From: an uncultured Thermoanaerobaculia bacterium
GTDB lineage: Bacteria > Acidobacteriota > Thermoanaerobaculia > Multivoradales > CAZRFU01
Length of the DNA stretch: 64,000 nucleotides
Direction of reading: 5' to 3'
Assembly (NCBI GenBank): GCA_964599475.1
Contig: CAZRFU010000008.1
Location: forward strand, 34,409 to 98,408
The position numbers were made by a program, and so were the translations under genes. This document shows positions 61,190-64,000 of the stretch, in pieces. Each line of letters begins with the position of its first letter. Position 1 is the first letter of the stretch. The notes beneath the pieces are model-generated. The model saw only the letters and a list, made by a program, of their open reading frames with translations. It ran no database searches and had not been told where the DNA came from.

Positions 61190-61965
61190 GGGGTGTCTCC
61201 GGCACAGCGTTCCTCGAAGACCCTACTGTCGACCTCAGGCTGGTCCTCGGCCGAGAGGTTCTGCGCCTCGGCCAGTACCTTGCGCAGCGCGGTGCAACAC
61301 GGGGCCTTGAGCTCCGGAACCTTCGCGCCCCGCAGCAGCATACCGGTGACCAGACGGCCGTAGAGCTTGGGCTTTTCCCCCCAAAGCGCCAGGAACTCGC
61401 CAGCGTAGTCGTAGCCAAGGGCCGCGCTGAGGGTCGCGAGACCTTGCGAGCCCGCCAGGGCCGATGCCATACACCCTGGATGTGGGTTCGTGCGAACGGC
61501 CAGGAACCACAGGGTGACGCCCTCGTGTGCGCCCGTGCGCATGAGCCGAGTAGCCTCTCCCGTCAAGACCGAGCAGACTCGAAAACCTCGAGCCACGGCC
61601 CGGCGATACCTGTCGACGGCGCCGTCATCACCCACGGCAACAAGCACCAGGGCGACGTCGCTGCGATCACCGCTAGACTCCTCCGCGAGCGCCCGAATCA
61701 GGTCCCGATCTTCGGCGGCCCCCTCGCAGTAGAGACGCACGAGGGCGGCTTCGAACCGACGAAGGCGAGCCGACTGCTCTGCGACCGAGCGGCCTTGATC
61801 CAAGGTCCAAGTCGGGTAGCCTTCTACCACCAGCGCTCGCGTTGCTTCCAGACTTTGCGCGTAGACCTCGGTTCGACCGCGTTCGTCGAGCATGAGAACC
61901 GCACGATCGCATCGATCAGCAGATCCTGACAACGCAGCCAGAGCGAGTATCCAGAAACCAGTCAT
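61186..61965 (-). CDS. Hypothetical secreted protein
   Basis: 259 aa. Signal-like MTGFWILALAALSGSA. ATGA overlaps with both the upstream and the downstream gene. No recognised family. Confidence 0.55.
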   Translation of the reverse strand: MTGFWILALAALSGSADRCDRAVLMLDERGRTEVYAQSLEATRALVVEGYPTWTLDQGRSVAEQSARLRRFEAALVRLYCEGAAEDRDLIRALAEESSGDRSDVALVLVAVGDDGAVDRYRRAVARGFRVCSVLTGEATRLMRTGAHEGVTLWFLAVRTNPHPGCMASALAGSQGLATLSAALGYDYAGEFLALWGEKPKLYGRLVTGMLLRGAKVPELKAPCCTALRKVLAEAQNLSAEDQPEVDSRVFEERCAGDTP

Positions 61966-64000
61966 GGCAGGGGCTCCTCGCAGGTTGGCGGCTCAGTGGT
62001 TGGCGTCCATCCGCCGCAGGGCCCCGAATTCACGAGGAGCGCCAGGTCCCTACATACCGCCTTCCAGTCGGGCTGTGCGAGAGACTGGAGCTCCTGGAGC
62101 ACGGCGACGTTGTGTGCACGCTCGGCGAGTTCGCTACGGCACTCTGTCGTCGCCTCCAGCAGGGCAATTTGCTCACGATAGATCCTACTGAAGAGGTCGA
62201 ACCCCTCCAAGCCCACGTCGCAGTCGCAACCCACCGGAAGCTCAGCCTCTAGGTCGGCAACCAATCGGGTGAGCATCTCCTCGTAGTCGTCTTCGTGCTG
62301 ATCTTCGTGGGCTTCCAACGCGTCCGGGACGGCCCATCGAGCGTTCAGGGCGTTGCAAACGTAGGAGTCCTTGTCAGGCCAAATCGGCGCAAGATCGAGC
62401 ACCACCTCGTCGCAGTTCGAACCGTTGATGATGGCTGGAATCATGGAAGCCAAGTCGTCGATCGGCTCCCTAGCCTGCAGTGAGACCTCCTTCGATGTGC
62501 TGAGTTCCAGCGCGGTGATGAGGCTGCAGATCTGCGTTTCTCCGGTCTCCGCCAGCGCTGCGCAAGTCCGCATTCCCCAGGGGCCCAGAGGATCGTCTGA
62601 AGCAGGCTCGGCTACTCTGAGGTTCGTCCTGAAATGACCGAAGTTGTCGCTATGTCCCTCAGTCGGTAGAGCACAACGGGGATCTGTCTGCGCGGAGCAC
62701 CGCCTGACTTCCACGGCTGGGTTATCGGGGCAAGGCTGGGCGACGATGAAGGAATCGGTCTCCTCCCCCGCCAGCGGGTCCTGCCCCTGGACGCACCGCG
62801 CTTCGACACTGGCGTCGTAGTGGTCTCGCTCTTGGCAATCAGGAGACACGTCGCACTCTGGGAAGACCGTCTCGAAGGTGGAGGCGTCCTCTCCGGGCTG
62901 CCCGAGAACCCACGACAGCGGACCGAATTCGCGGTTCACCCGCCAACGGATCTGGAACGGAGCGTTCGTCGCAGCCTCGAATGCGTAAACCCGCGAGCCC
63001 CACTGTGCACCACAGATCGGCGGTTCGATCGCTCCAATCTCGATCGGGACACCATCCGGATCGTCACACGAACACTCGGTTCGGCATTCCTTGCGGCATG
63101 GCTGCTCGCAGGCTGAGCCCGTACAGCCCGGAACACAGGTACTGCCATTACACTGGTGGCACGGCGGACAGTCGTTCGGTGCCCCTCCAGGTGCGGGACG
63201 GCCACCGCAGTGCCACCCAGCCTTGACGATACCCACGCCCTCGTCGGCGACAATCACCAGACCGTCACGACTGACCGACGCCGGACCGATCGAGACGAAG
63301 TGGCCGAGGTCGTGGTCGAAGCTGTACATCTCGGTGACCTCGCCGGGTTGCAGGTTTTCGACGTTGGGCAGGGTCAAGCGCGCCGGGGGATCGAAGCGCG
63401 CGCCGGCCGGCTGGATGGTGAGGATCAGCCGCGGCTGTTGGCCGAAGTTGGGCGTCATGGGGATACGGTCGTGGTGGACCGCGGTGGCCGACACCAGGCC
63501 GCTCCGGCCGCCGCCGGGGAAGGTCACCGAACCGGGGGCGATGTCGAGCCGGAAGCCGGGGATTTCGGAGAGCTCGATCGAGCCCCCGGTGCTCTCGTCG
63601 ACAAACACGCCGCTGCCGAGCTCGAGCGGCAAGAGGTGGATCGGCGTGCCGACGTCGACCTCGCGACCGGGCACGGTGGTGACGACGTATTCGAGGTCGG
63701 GCCACGCGCCGGGGCGGCTCGCGGTTGAACCGTCGATGTCGAGGTAGACCGTGCCGACGGGTGCCGGGTCGAGACGGAAAAGTCCGGCTTCATCGGTGAT
63801 GGCACTGACTGCGGTGCCGCGGATTCTTGCCGTGACCCCTTCCACTGCCAAACCGGTCCCGTCGAGCACCACGCCGACGATGGCGGTGTTGGTCGGGTCG
63901 CCGGCAGCGAGTCCGCTGCCGACGAAGGTTGCGAAGGGCGAAGGCTCGAGCTCGGGAATGGTCGCCCGCACCACCGTCGACGCCGGGCCTTCTTCGGGAT
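61962..64000 (-). CDS. Large Cys-rich secreted protein (5' end probably beyond the window)
   Basis: The frame stays open to the window edge (a GTG at 63974 is the only in-window start). N-terminal carboxypeptidase-regulatory-like beta-sandwich (VEGVTARIRGTAVSAITDEAGLFRL). Cys-rich middle (CPPCHQCNGSTCVPGCTGSACEQPCRKECRTECSC). Stop overlaps the next gene's start. Confidence 0.6.
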   Translation of the reverse strand, partial: PEEGPASTVVRATIPELEPSPFATFVGSGLAAGDPTNTAIVGVVLDGTGLAVEGVTARIRGTAVSAITDEAGLFRLDPAPVGTVYLDIDGSTASRPGAWPDLEYVVTTVPGREVDVGTPIHLLPLELGSGVFVDESTGGSIELSEIPGFRLDIAPGSVTFPGGGRSGLVSATAVHHDRIPMTPNFGQQPRLILTIQPAGARFDPPARLTLPNVENLQPGEVTEMYSFDHDLGHFVSIGPASVSRDGLVIVADEGVGIVKAGWHCGGRPAPGGAPNDCPPCHQCNGSTCVPGCTGSACEQPCRKECRTECSCDDPDGVPIEIGAIEPPICGAQWGSRVYAFEAATNAPFQIRWRVNREFGPLSWVLGQPGEDASTFETVFPECDVSPDCQERDHYDASVEARCVQGQDPLAGEETDSFIVAQPCPDNPAVEVRRCSAQTDPRCALPTEGHSDNFGHFRTNLRVAEPASDDPLGPWGMRTCAALAETGETQICSLITALELSTSKEVSLQAREPIDDLASMIPAIINGSNCDEVVLDLAPIWPDKDSYVCNALNARWAVPDALEAHEDQHEDDYEEMLTRLVADLEAELPVGCDCDVGLEGFDLFSRIYREQIALLEATTECRSELAERAHNVAVLQELQSLAQPDWKAVCRDLALLVNSGPCGGWTPTTEPPTCEEPLP

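Noticed and set aside
62285-62315. HExxH-like motif (A-H-E-D-Q-H-E-D-D) in the Cys-rich protein as evidence for a zinc metalloprotease.
   Set aside because: The motif sits in a highly acidic stretch without the hydrophobic helix context or a third zinc ligand motif that I can identify. It is likely coincidental.
1-64000. tRNA, rRNA, tmRNA, RNase P or riboswitch genes, and transposases, integrases or prophage genes.
   Set aside because: Scanning the intergenic regions by eye, I saw no cloverleaf-like sequences, no conserved rRNA stretches and no transposase or integrase catalytic motifs in any frame. A covariance-model scan (tRNAscan-SE, Infernal/Rfam) is needed to exclude small ncRNAs.

Overview
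High-GC (about two-thirds G+C by eye) chromosomal segment from a diderm bacterium. The evidence is an RND pump, an outer-membrane beta-barrel, AMIN/PilZ domains and LVIVD/TSP3 surface proteins. Lineage cannot be fixed from sequence alone; the style resembles Acidobacteriota, Myxococcota or Gemmatimonadota. I call about 50 protein-coding genes. I found no rRNA, tRNA, CRISPR array or transposase.

Housekeeping genes: recQ, an FKBP isomerase, a DUF1295 plus Cfa-like pair, nadE, lipA, arsC, leuS, dinB, an AbfD-type dehydratase, an RND pump, two M16 peptidases, a nitrilase and an ABC exporter. These are interleaved with accessory content: three VapBC-type toxin-antitoxin pairs and an orphan hicB.

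Observations most worth follow-up:
1. An accessory island at about 39.2-48.6 kb. It holds a 1540-aa single-gene protein built as Cap4/DUF4297-like nuclease, then a lysine-less P-loop, then HEAT repeats (candidate uncharacterised STAND/Avs-like defence protein). Next come a signal-peptide-bearing mini-Rhs toxin with a PD-(D/E)xK-like tip, two tandem paralogous immunity-like genes and a translationally coupled lipoprotein.
2. A translationally coupled operon (48.7-52.1 kb, minus strand) of PG amidase, MamK-like actin and a transmembrane PilZ-AMIN protein.
3. An AhpD/CMD-family peroxidase-related gene with an in-frame UGA exactly at the second Cys of the CxxC motif, followed by a hairpin (candidate selenoprotein).
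4. A family of strictly intergenic heptanucleotide tandem arrays (GGGTACC / GGGTATC / GGGACCC types) with G-quadruplex potential.
5. A multi-copy mosaic intergenic repeat element with a long-range inverted repeat.

Many long ORFs in the six-frame track are GC-driven antisense or out-of-frame artefacts and were rejected. Start codons were refined using homology, RBS-like GGAGG motifs and the very frequent ATGA/GTGA stop-start overlaps. All functional calls rest on motif recognition by eye, not on database searches.
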